In this document: positions 1 to 9,875 of the stretch, one piece after another
Layout: each line of letters opens with the position of its first letter
Position numbering within the stretch: position 1 is the stretch's first letter
Assembly (NCBI RefSeq): GCF_001194135.2
Contig: NC_068992.1
Span: 20,644,457-20,682,251, forward strand
Direction: 5' to 3'
Origin: Octopus bimaculoides
Taxonomy: Eukaryota
Length of the DNA: 37,795 bases
The notes under the pieces: generated by a model
Seen by the model: only the letters and a program-made list of their open reading frames with translations
What the model was told of the DNA's origin: nothing
Databases searched by the model: none
Program-made: the position numbers and the translations under genes

Positions 1-513
1 AAAAGTTAATGTTCTGAAGAGTAGTTTGTGTGTTATACGCCTCGCTATTAAACATATGTTGCCCGGATTTTATCTACTCCATTCCTTACATCTTGGACTT
101 TCATTGAAATACTTGATAATCTTAGCTGCTAACCCTGAAATATAAAATAATATTTCTGCTTATCGTACTTCGATACGTGATAAAATCTGAAACCAATAAC
201 TTATTTTGTCCCTGAAATTTGTTTCTTAATATTTTCTACGGATTACTTGAAACTTACTTTCTTCCCACTCCTCGATGGTTGAATCTTACATTTACACCCA
301 CAGAAACAGGCACATGCTCACCACGCAAATGTATGTATGCATGTATGTGTGTATGTATGTATATCCACAGACACACACGCCCAAACGCACAGACGCACAT
401 GCACGCGCCGCATGCGCGTCCCCCGCGTGCACATACACACACATATATATATACATATGCATAGATATCATCGAACATTAGGTTAGATAAAATGTGTTTG
501 TTATATATTTCAG

Positions 514-563
514 ATTCTAAAACCGAATTCACTACAGGTACCATGGTGGAAACTGCTATCTGA
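514..563 (+). CDS. Candidate terminal coding exon, (D)SKTEFTTGTMVETAI*, of a gene starting upstream of the window
   Basis: Acceptor-like ttatatatttcag ends at 513. A phase-1 reading gives DSKTEFTTGTMVETAI then TGA (561-563). About 670 bp of non-repetitive UTR-like sequence follows, with AATAAA at 1227-1232. No homology recognised. Confidence 0.25.
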
Positions 564-2212
564 TGGATAAAACGTGTAAAAACAGCTTGACTGTCATTTA
601 CTGCACCATGTCGGATTCCCAGACACGTTTCTAACTCTTTAATCAATGGGAAAATCTGAAAAGATGCAACTCTGGACAGATTTGATTAAAGCTGTAGCTT
701 CAAGTAAAACACAGTGAGCAATATTGACTGAGTTGCAGCATTAGATCGCCAGATCGGATGAAATTCACAAGTATCAGTGCCAAACTGTTGAGGCATCAGA
801 TATGTCTGTGGCATATTTCATTTTCTAAAGGCAAATTCACTGCTTTTATTTTGTAGAAAAAAATCACTTACGCTAAAAAGAACACCATAACTACCCACTG
901 CCGTCCCCTGGCGGATTCCTAGACGCTACAAATACGGCTGGAAATCCGTTTGGCAAACTGGAACAGGAGGATTGAGCAACTCTCATGCAGCCTCTCTCCT
1001 TTTAATTATTCTACAAGTAGCCTACCTAATGGCTTTATGGGAAAATGTGGAACATGCCATTAATTTTCTTTTCTTTCTCTCAGCTTTCATTCACGCCCTC
1101 CATTTTTTCATCTACCTCCTCATTTTCTTTTTTGTCATGTTATATCTTTTTGACCAACGGTTTACTTTGCAAATTGAATGGGCCTTATTTTGAGACACAA
1201 GCCCAATATCTCCAAAGAAAGAGACCAATAAATATAATACTATGAAGCATGTCTATACACTTATTAATGTATTTCATGTCTCATATCGTTTGAAGACAAT
1301 ACGTTCTATACAATATAGTAAAGAATCGAGAAAGCAGGAACATATGTACGTACGTTTCGAATCTCGTTGGTATCTTTGTAAGTAACTTTGTGTCTTGTCT
1401 TACTACCATCATAGCGCTTCTAAGCCTCCGTCTATTAGTGTAGTTATAATCAGTTTTTCAAAAACAATGCACAGCACACCTCTGTTACAATTCATTAAAT
1501 CAGCTGTGCTTAGTACACAACCTTTCTATGTATTTTTACTCTCTTTTATGAGTTTATGCTTCAACGACCTAAATATTAGAATGTAAAATAAAAGAAACCA
1601 TTATTTATGTAGCAACGATAGCAACGATATTGTTGGAAAATTACTTTGTATCAACATCTAAAACAAATTCGTTGTGATAGACAATAGATACAGATTATAT
1701 TGTTAAAAATTTCATCGTTTGATTAATCAGTTTTTCGTACGCAGAAAATCGACATTTTTAATTATAATTTCCCTTACAAACGCCTTGTATTTACATAGAT
1801 CAAAAGAAGTCAATGTAACAGCGTAGCATATTCCATTATTCTTTTTCAAATAACTCATCTATATTTGTTTAAATTCCGTTTTTTTTTTGTTTCTCGAATA
1901 TATTTAAGAGGGTTATAGATAAACAAGTAATAACTACTTAAAACTATGAGAAAAATACCACAAGAAATTGTTGAATTATTTGTAATAGAGTTAATGAATA
2001 ATATTCATATAAACAGATGGTGCATCACAAGTTTTTTTGTTTATACTATATTCTAGAAGATATCTATAAATTTTCAACTGACACCATATGTATAGCCAGA
2101 TCAAAATAACTATATTTGGTGTATGAAACTAAAGCAGCATTGAATGAAAATTGTTATTTGTGCATCATACTCAATGTATGTATAAATATAGATAAATATG
2201 TCTTGAATCATT

Positions 2213-2250
2213 ATTCATTCATTCATTCATTCATTCATTCATTTATTCAT
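2213..2250. repeat. (TTCA)n microsatellite
   Basis: Direct reading. Confidence 0.95.
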
Positions 2251-2310
2251 AGGGAGATAAATTAACATAAAAGTCTACATGTGCACACGTGGTAGATAGA
2301 AAGATATATA

Positions 2311-2373
2311 AAGAAGAAGAAGAAGAGCAGGAAGAAGAAGAAGAAGAAGAAGAAGAAGAAGAAGAAGAAGAAG

Positions 2374-2408
<35 letters not shown>
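2311..2408. repeat. Compound (GAA)n(CAA)n microsatellite
   Basis: Direct reading; explains the poly-E/Q and poly-F/L ORFs. Confidence 0.95.
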
Positions 2409-2409
2409 A

Positions 2410-2664
2410 AAGAAACAACAAAAGCAACGGACCATGATAAAACGATGGCAAGAAAAGCCCCTACATGGTAAATACAGGGCTAAACTTAATGCAAAAGAAA
2501 TAGACAGAGAAAAATCCCAGCAATGGTTGAGAAGCTCAGGACTCAAAGCAGAGACTGAAGGAATCTTAATTTCTGCACAAGACCAAAGCCTCTCCACCAA
2601 AAATTACCAAGAACATATAATGAAAACAAACATAACAAGTAACTGCAGAATATGTGGCGATGAA
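2410..2664 (+). mobile_element. R4/Dong-clade non-LTR retrotransposon fragment (post-RT region to start of CCHC knuckle)
   Basis: ORF 2434 reads WQEKPLHGKY...WLRSSGLKAETEGILISAQDQSLSTKNYQ...CRICGDE, the LHG / ETEG..I.AQDQ.L.T..Y / CR.C signature of R4/Dong RLE-type LINEs. Similarity stops at CRICGDE. Confidence 0.85.
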
Positions 2665-2709
2665 AGGGTAAGTCGATATAAGCGGAATTTGAACTCAGAA
2701 CGTCCAAAC
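2659..2709 (-). mobile_element. Short remnant of a tRNA-derived SINE
   Basis: gatgaaagggtaagtcgat..gcggaatttgaactcagaacg is the reverse complement of the ttctgagttcaaattccgc..gtcgac segment of the SINE family; compare tgagttcaaattccg at 36203-36218. Confidence 0.65.
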
Positions 2710-2752
2710 ATTAATATTTAAAATATGGCTACACGAAATTCAACTCTATACT

Positions 2753-3159
2753 TTAAAGAGTGACTTCTACTATAGCCTCGAGCCGACTAAAGCCTCGTGA
2801 GTGAATTTTGTGGACGGAAACTGCAAGGAGCCCGTCATATATATACATGCGTGTGTGTGTGTGTGTGCGTGCGTGTGTGTGTGTGTGTGTGTTTGTGTGT
2901 GTGTGTATATGTCTGTCTGTCTGTGTGTGTTTGACCGTGTATGTGTCAGTCGCTCCACCACCACCACCACCACCATTACTTCACAAGCGATGCAGGTGTG
3001 TTTGCGTCCCAGTAACATACCGGTTCGGCTGAAGAAACTGATAGAATAAGCACCAGGCTTACAGGGAATAAGTCGAGGGATCGATTTCTACAACTAAACG
3101 GCGGTTGTGTAATATGGCCACCGTCAAATGACTGAAACATGTAAAAGAATAAAAGAATA
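2753..3159 (+). mobile_element. 5'-truncated octopus-type SINE with embedded (TG)n microsatellite
   Basis: cttctactatagcctcgagccgactaaagcc...gacggaaact, central (TG)n, then gatagaataagcaccaggctta...gtcaaatgactgaaac and a (taaaagaa) tail. Matches a recalled Octopus SINE consensus. Confidence 0.8.
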
Positions 3160-3410
3160 TCAGAAGAACGTTCCGTAACACTAAACCAGGAATATTCTTT
3201 GAATATGTACGAGGTATTTTAAGGCTAAATAGTAATTCTATTTACGCTTGGGCAACTGAGGTATTTTGGTTGGATTATATAGTTATCGGTTTTACACTTC
3301 TATCCATGCTCTATAACTGTCACTATATAGAAACATTTCTCATGGCACCAGCACACAATTTACAGATGCTTACTTTTATATCGTCCATGAATTTTCACGG
3401 GTCCAGCTAG

Positions 3411-3457
3411 TTATTATTATTATTATTATTATTATTATCATTATTATTATTATTACA

Positions 3458-3513
<56 letters not shown>
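3411..3513. repeat. (ATT)n microsatellite
   Basis: Direct reading. Confidence 0.95.
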
Positions 3514-3514
<1 letters not shown>

Positions 3515-3602
3515 CTAATAGTGAATCGGACCGTATTATTAAATTTTGGCTACATTGCTGCTGGCTATGTATATGAGATACAGTCCTATTCTACGCCATA
3601 TT

Positions 3603-3648
3603 CTACGTCCATATTTCGTCTGTCACTACACCCTTAATATGGACGTAG
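3603..3648. repeat. Perfect 13-bp inverted repeat with 20-nt loop
   Basis: ctacgtccatatt (3603-3615) is the exact reverse complement of aatatggacgtag (3636-3648). Confidence 0.9.
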
Positions 3649-3938
3649 GAGGTGGTAGTGTAAAGCGAAATTGAAGTAAAGTGATTGCCAGATGATGGGA
3701 CACATTTGCTATGCATTACTGGAGACTTAACATATGCATATATGGTGATATTTATAGCCTCCTACTTGCCCCGATGAACATATTTTCCGGAAACCGAATT
3801 ATTTCAAAGAACTTGAAACACACAACTTTATTTATTTATTTATTCATTTGTTTATTATAAAATTTGAAGACAGTTGAAAGAATGCTGAACATGCATTATA
3901 TTTTTAAAGGCTATATGTTTTTTTTTTTCTGTTAAATG

Positions 3939-4225
3939 CTTCTTACTACTTAAAATATATTTATGCCAGAAAATTTGTGGAAGTTTCTCTTTGATGTCAA
4001 ATGGAGGTGCAGATCTTTCGAGATACACTTCATCACAAACAATGACTTTGATCTAGCTTCCTACCATGATGATTTCAGGTACTTCTTACTACTTAAAATG
4101 TACTTATGTCTATAAATGCATAAAAGATCCACCTTTGATCAAATACTGGCTTGCCTATTAACCAGTAAAAACTTGATCGTAAACAATGTTTTTGACCTTG
4201 TTTGAAATAGCAAGGAAGCAAGGTG
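3939..4225. repeat. Diverged tandem duplication, period 143-144 bp
   Basis: Exact 18-mer cttcttactacttaaaat at 3939 and 4082. aaacaatg at 4037 and 4181. aggt at 4077 and 4221. Confidence 0.8.
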
Positions 4226-5587
4226 CCTTTATACGCGTCCTTGGCAATACAACATAGAACCTTCCCAGAAATAAAATATTTCGTGCCTGAAATAATCCCG
4301 CAAATCTTAGAATGTCTATCTTGTCTCTTGTTGAATCATTTTCGAATATCTGATTAATTGTTGGGTTCATGACATGCGATCATATACTCATTGTTTAGAA
4401 TTCAATGTCGTTCAACTTTCTCTTGCAACTGGATTGTTGACCATACCGTCTCAGTACCATGTCCACCGTTTCATTTTTCAGTCGTTAAAATGTTTAAAAC
4501 TATTATAGAAACTATTGCTTATTCTCACAACCACTACACTTCGTGTTACAAATAAGCTGCTATGAGATATACATCAATGTTAGCTTTAAACCCTGTACAC
4601 CAAGAACGTTTTGCTTTGCCTCATGTATTGAGTCTTCATCGTAAATATTTATGCTTGCTGTATTGCTTAGTCACTGGTCCAAACCCTGAGGCAGGCAATC
4701 TTCTAAATATTGCTATGTTAAATAGCACGTACTATTCTCCTGGAATCTGACACATCATCTTATCTACGATGTACTGAGTTCCACTGAAAGCCCACAGCAT
4801 TTTTCAATATGCATAAACACGCGTTGTCCCGCTTTGTCATTTCCTGTAAACACTTCTTAGGCAAGGGTTCACTGTATCGTTTTACATATATTTCTGTCAT
4901 ATTACTTGTCATTTCTGCAAGCTTACATTTTGCAGTATATGATTTGTACTGACGATATAGGCGAAAATGTATTCCCTAAAATATGTTTGCATTTCAAGTA
5001 GGGGCGTGTGCTCATCTACGTTCATAGATATTGTTACAAAGAGTATCGCTCATATTTTGTCAATATTCCTAAAGTTATCGTTCTTCTTTTCTGTTTATTG
5101 AATTGTAAGTGATTATGCATTTAATAAGTTCATATTTTATTATTTCTAAAGCGTGATATGTTCAAAAGTAGCTTTGGTGTTCCGGGTTGCTGTTGGGGAC
5201 CTCATTTTTGCTAAGCATTTGGTAAGAAGATGAAAGAAATAAAAATGTATCCGTGAATGTATTTTCCTTTTTCCCTACAGGGTTCTTTGAAAATAATCTG
5301 AAAATGGATAGTTCTCGTTTACTATCAGCGCGGTAATAGTGCAGCCAACGGAATAGTTAAAAGGTTTTTGCCATAGCGAGATACAGCAACCGCAATGTAA
5401 ATAAAAGCAACAACAACAACAATAATAATAATAATAATAATAATACCAACAACAACTACAATATAACAGAGAAACAGAGCCATACCGACAAGGGGAAAAT
5501 GATAATAAGTGGATAGTGAAACTAGTTTGTTACTCATCGTGCGCCTGGTAATAATATCTATAGTGGTCACATTAAATCTGCTTCTGG

Positions 5588-5738
<151 letters not shown>

Positions 5739-5849
5739 ACTATTGCTAACCACAAAATAAAATAATAGCAATATACATATGTTTCACATTCGTGTGTTCA
5801 ATAGTAGTGTTAATATTACTACTACCTAAAGAATACGAACATATTTGTA

Positions 5850-6513
5850 TGCATATACATATATATGTTTATGTGTGTGTATGTATATATATATATGTGT
5901 GTATATATATATACATATATATNNNNNNNNNNNNNNNNNNNNNNNNNNNNNNNNNNNNNNNNNNNNNNNNNNNNNNNNNNNNNNNNNNNNNNNNNNNNNN
6001 NNNNNNNNNNNNNNNNNNNNNNNNNNNNNNNNNNNNNNNNNNNNNNNNNNNNNNNNNNNNNNNNNNNNNNNNNNNNNNNNNNNNNNNNNNNNNNNNNNNN
6101 NNNNNNNNNNNNNNNNNNNNNNNNNNNNNNNNNNNNNNNNNNNNNNNNNNNNNNNNNNNNNNNNNNNNNNNNNNNNNNNNNNNNNNNNNNNNNNNNNNNN
6201 NNNNNNNNNNNNNNNNNNNNNNNNNNNNNNNNNNNNNNNNNNNNNNNNNNNNNNNNNNNNNNNNNNNNNNNNNNNNNNNNNNNNNNNNNNNNNNNNNNNN
6301 NNNNNNNNNNNNNNNNNNNNNNNNNNNNNNNNNNNNNNNNNNNNNNNNNNNNNNNNNNNNNNNNNNNNNNNNNNNNNNNNNNNNNNNNNNNNNNNNNNNN
6401 NNNNNNNNNNNNNNNNNNNNNNNNNNNNNNNNNNNNNNNNNNNNNNNNNNNNNNNNNNNNNNNNNNNNNNGAATATATATATACACACACATATATACAC
6501 ATATACACATACA

Positions 6514-6595
<82 letters not shown>

Positions 6596-6750
6596 TTGCG
6601 TATATCTTTGAATCACTCTGGCTGTATATATACACACGCGCTTGTACGTATGTGCGTATATATGTACATACACACACATAAACACATGCACACACATATA
6701 GATATACACATATGTGTACGTATGTGGATTTGCACGCACTCACACATTCA
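5850..6750. other. (TA)/(TG)/(CA) low-complexity tract with assembly gap 5923-6470
   Basis: N-run flanked by dinucleotide repeats. Confidence 0.95.
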
Positions 6751-7412
6751 TATACATACTTGGAACACGTGAAGTGCTATAATATAATGTCTCAAAGGCA
6801 AAATATCATTTGTGAAGCAAAAATGTAATGCAATATTTCTCATAGACAGAAAATTACAGCCTCCCTAATATAATACGTTGTCATCAGTATGAAATTTGTT
6901 TCAGTCTCTTCAGCTACGAAATATTGCAAACATGAAGTGTCTTCAGACAAGCAAAATGGGACGTAAATATAGCATCGTTAATTCTGATCTTACCTAATAA
7001 AAACGTTTTCTTTTTTTTTTTGGTTTTAAACTGGAGAGCTTGAACTTCTTCAGTAATACTTTAGCTAATGATGGCTACTTGTGTCTTTCTTTTGTATGTT
7101 TAATCGGATACGTTGAGATCATATGCAACAGCGTGTATATCTCTTGGTATATACATATACGTGATGGGGGTATGAAGATAAGCATAGTAACATGCGTTTT
7201 ATTAGAAGAGTCGAAATGTATATTGTACGACACAGGAAGAATAATTTTATTTTAGAACACAGAATTGCAATCGAAACGGCAGAAACACAAGGTATTATAC
7301 AATACACATTTAGACGCTTCTAATAACTCAAATGTTATTTTATTTATATTTATACACACGTGTTGTTCAGTTAGCTTCTATAACGTCTAAATCGGTAGGA
7401 AATATGTCCACG

Positions 7413-7483
7413 AGCAGTTTAGCTTAATGGCAAAGCACTCAGCCACAGTGTTGGGGGACGTTTGTTCAAGTCCTCGGGCTGTT
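7413..7483 (+). pseudogene. Degenerate tRNA-like sequence (tRNA pseudogene or isolated SINE head)
   Basis: A-box-like tagcttaatggc and B-box-like gttcaagtcc. D-stem GCTT/AAGC and acceptor agcagtt/ggctgtt can pair with G-U. T-stem is broken and the anticodon loop is 6 nt. Confidence 0.5.
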
Positions 7484-7587
7484 TGTTGACAAATATTTCC
7501 GCATGTATGGACTCACGCTGTATTTCTGATGTTCTGATAGCAAATTAACTTCTAGTATTGTGCAATATATATATATATATATATATA

Positions 7588-7825
7588 NNNNNNNNNNNNN
7601 NNNNNNNNNNNNNNNNNNNNNNNNNNNNNNNNNNNNNNNNNNNNNNNNNNNNNNNNNNNNNNNNNNNNNNNNNNNNNNNNNNNNNNNNNNNNNNNNNNNN
7701 NNNNNNNNNNNNNNNNNNNNNNNNNNNNNNNNNNNNNNNNNNNNNNNNNNNNNNNNNNNNNNNNNNNNNNNNNNNNNNNNNNNNNNNNNNNNNNNNNNNN
7801 NNNNNNNNNNNNNNNNNNNNNNNNN
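7588..7825. other. Assembly gap flanked by (TA)n and (TG)/(GA)n
   Basis: N-run. Confidence 0.99.
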
Positions 7826-7852
7826 TGTGTATGTGTGAGAGAGAGAGAGAGA

Positions 7853-9689
7853 GGTCTGGATCTCAAGATAAAGACTATCTTCCTAGACCCAGATATGTTG
7901 GTCGCCCTCGATGTGAATAGTAACAAAAAGAGTTCCTTCTGTCTATTATCTCCTTATGATCCGACCAGACAACCGTACTTTTTCAGGCGTCTATGTTTTC
8001 CTAGGAATGCCTCAGTCTTTATTGCTAATAATGTGTGACTCGAACTCTATATGGATATACGTTTAGATTATGAGAGAGGCGCAAAAGCCTTACAACCAAC
8101 TCAGACGTTTTCAACACACTGACAGCAACCGACTGGATTTCTAGGATGTGCCAGTGTGGATATGGACTATGCGCATCGGTTCATCTAGGTCGTATCAAGA
8201 TTGAGTATTCTTTAGGCCCAAATTTGGGGTCTGCCCGGTCGACCTACATAGACGTCTTGTGCGGGGATCCGGTTACTAGAAGTTGAACACGTCACTGCCG
8301 GCATTCCAAGCTTACAGAGACCAGATTAGTGAAATAGTTAAGCGGGCGCTGACGCGGTCAATCGTCAACAACAAATGGTGGTTTGCCCTGAAAAAGGACA
8401 ATTAGAGTAGAATCAACTATGTTTAGTAAGGCATTAACGATAGAATGTAATAGAATAGGAGGAAGCTTTGTGATAAACTTAGAAGAGACGCTTACGAAGT
8501 ACATGGTAACCGTGGAGCTGGCGACGGCATTGGCTCGATACCAACTTCTACGGTAAGCACAAAGAACGCTGTACCAATGTTAAGGTATTTTCTGTAAGAA
8601 AAGAAAGAATGAAAACGCTCGAGGGGCCCGAGTAGCAGTGGCGCAAAGAAAAAACAAAGCTACAACGAGCTGTTGTGTGTGGCGTTTCAACAGCACTTCA
8701 CCTACCTCTTTGAGACAGATGGCAGAGTAGAAGGCAATGTACACTTCAATGATACGCAAATTCGCGCTATCCCAAGCACATTCACCCACCTGATGCGATA
8801 AATTATTGACAATGTGGTTAAAGAAGCTGGCATGATACGGGCTCTTATCAATTTGGTTCACTCTAAAGCCTTCGATAGAATAGACTAATAATACTTGGTA
8901 GCCATTCTCACGGCAGCCGCTTTACATCAACGTCTGCACCCTAGTTTGTCTCTTGTGTCTGCTCCCGTTATTTTGGTGTGTTCCGGTTCTAGAGCCACGA
9001 GTGCAGAAAATGGAGGCGCTGAGAGGCTATCCGTGCGAACTAGGATATCAGAGGATCGTGTCAACATACACAGCATAGGTCACCGTCATAGTGGGCCCAC
9101 CCTATAGGTCACTGTCAGTGGGCCCACAGCTCGACACATATAGACGCAGGTACAAGCCGTCCAATAACTTCGTACGACTCTGGACCGAGAGACCGCTTAA
9201 ACTGTCCGTGATCAGGGTTGGTCCGGATGCAGACTAGGCGACGAGCACTGTGAACAAACTCACCCATCAATTGGCCGAGAGAAAGATGTTCTATAAATGT
9301 CGAACTGAACATCGCCTTAGTTTTATATCTTGCCCCAGTTTACATCTGATCACCCTGCAGCGCATACACTTTCGCCTTCTGTGGAAGGGACGCGTTCCTC
9401 CGGTCAGGTGCCCCATTTGCTCTCAACACCCGTTGAATGGAGGTTTGATGAATATGAGATGACATTTACCCGAGACGTAAGGGCATAGTGGTTGTAGTGG
9501 TGTTTTCAGGAGCAGCTCCATGAAGTCTCCCTCTTTGGGGGATTTTAATTGTTAGACTTTTATACGTTGCTATTCTTTTGTGAACGTGTTTTCTTTTTTA
9601 TTATCTTATAATCCCACTTTAATTGTATTGTAAATGTGTGTACTGTCCCCAACGTGTATTTATGAACCGTCAGCTGCTATGAAAAAAAA
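7853..9689 (+). mobile_element. Degenerate, internally deleted L1/Tx1-clade LINE (APE, partial RT, post-RT, 3' UTR, A-tail)
   Basis: APE-like LVALDVNS...PYDPTRQPYFFRRL (ORF 7835). RT motif ALINLVHSKAFDRID at 8841-8885. Post-RT LQRIHFRLLWKGRVPPVRCPICSQHPLNGGL (ORF 9250). A-run at 9682-9689. Many stops and frameshifts. Confidence 0.85.
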
Positions 9690-9723
<34 letters not shown>

Positions 9724-9788
9724 ACTATTATTAATAACAATAATAATAATAATAATACTAATAATAATGGTAATAATAATAATAATAT
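9690..9788. repeat. (ATT)n/(AAT)n microsatellite
   Basis: Direct reading. Confidence 0.9.
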
Positions 9789-9793
9789 CATTA

Positions 9794-9875
9794 CGGCGGT
9801 GGATTGAAGGTAGCTTTAGATGTTTAGAGTGTCGGACAAAACACTTTGCGGTACATTTTACTGCTTTTGATTTCC
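9794..9875 (+). mobile_element. Decayed 5' half of a tRNA-derived SINE
   Basis: ggcggtgg...gtcggacaaaacactttgcggta resembles the head of the family at 35771-36340 (acaaaatgttgagcggta). Confidence 0.45.

Noticed and set aside
254-646. 130-aa minus-strand ORF (MIKELETCLG...)
   Set aside because: Runs into CA/TA repeat, has no splice support on that strand and no recognisable motif.
3209-3235. gctaaatagtaa shared with about 29722-29733
   Set aside because: A 12-bp match in AT-rich DNA with no extended similarity.
5792-6772. Long ORFs spanning N-gaps (also at 7.5, 20.2, 21.4, 24.3, 28.8 and 34.1 kb)
   Set aside because: Artefacts of N-runs and dinucleotide repeats.
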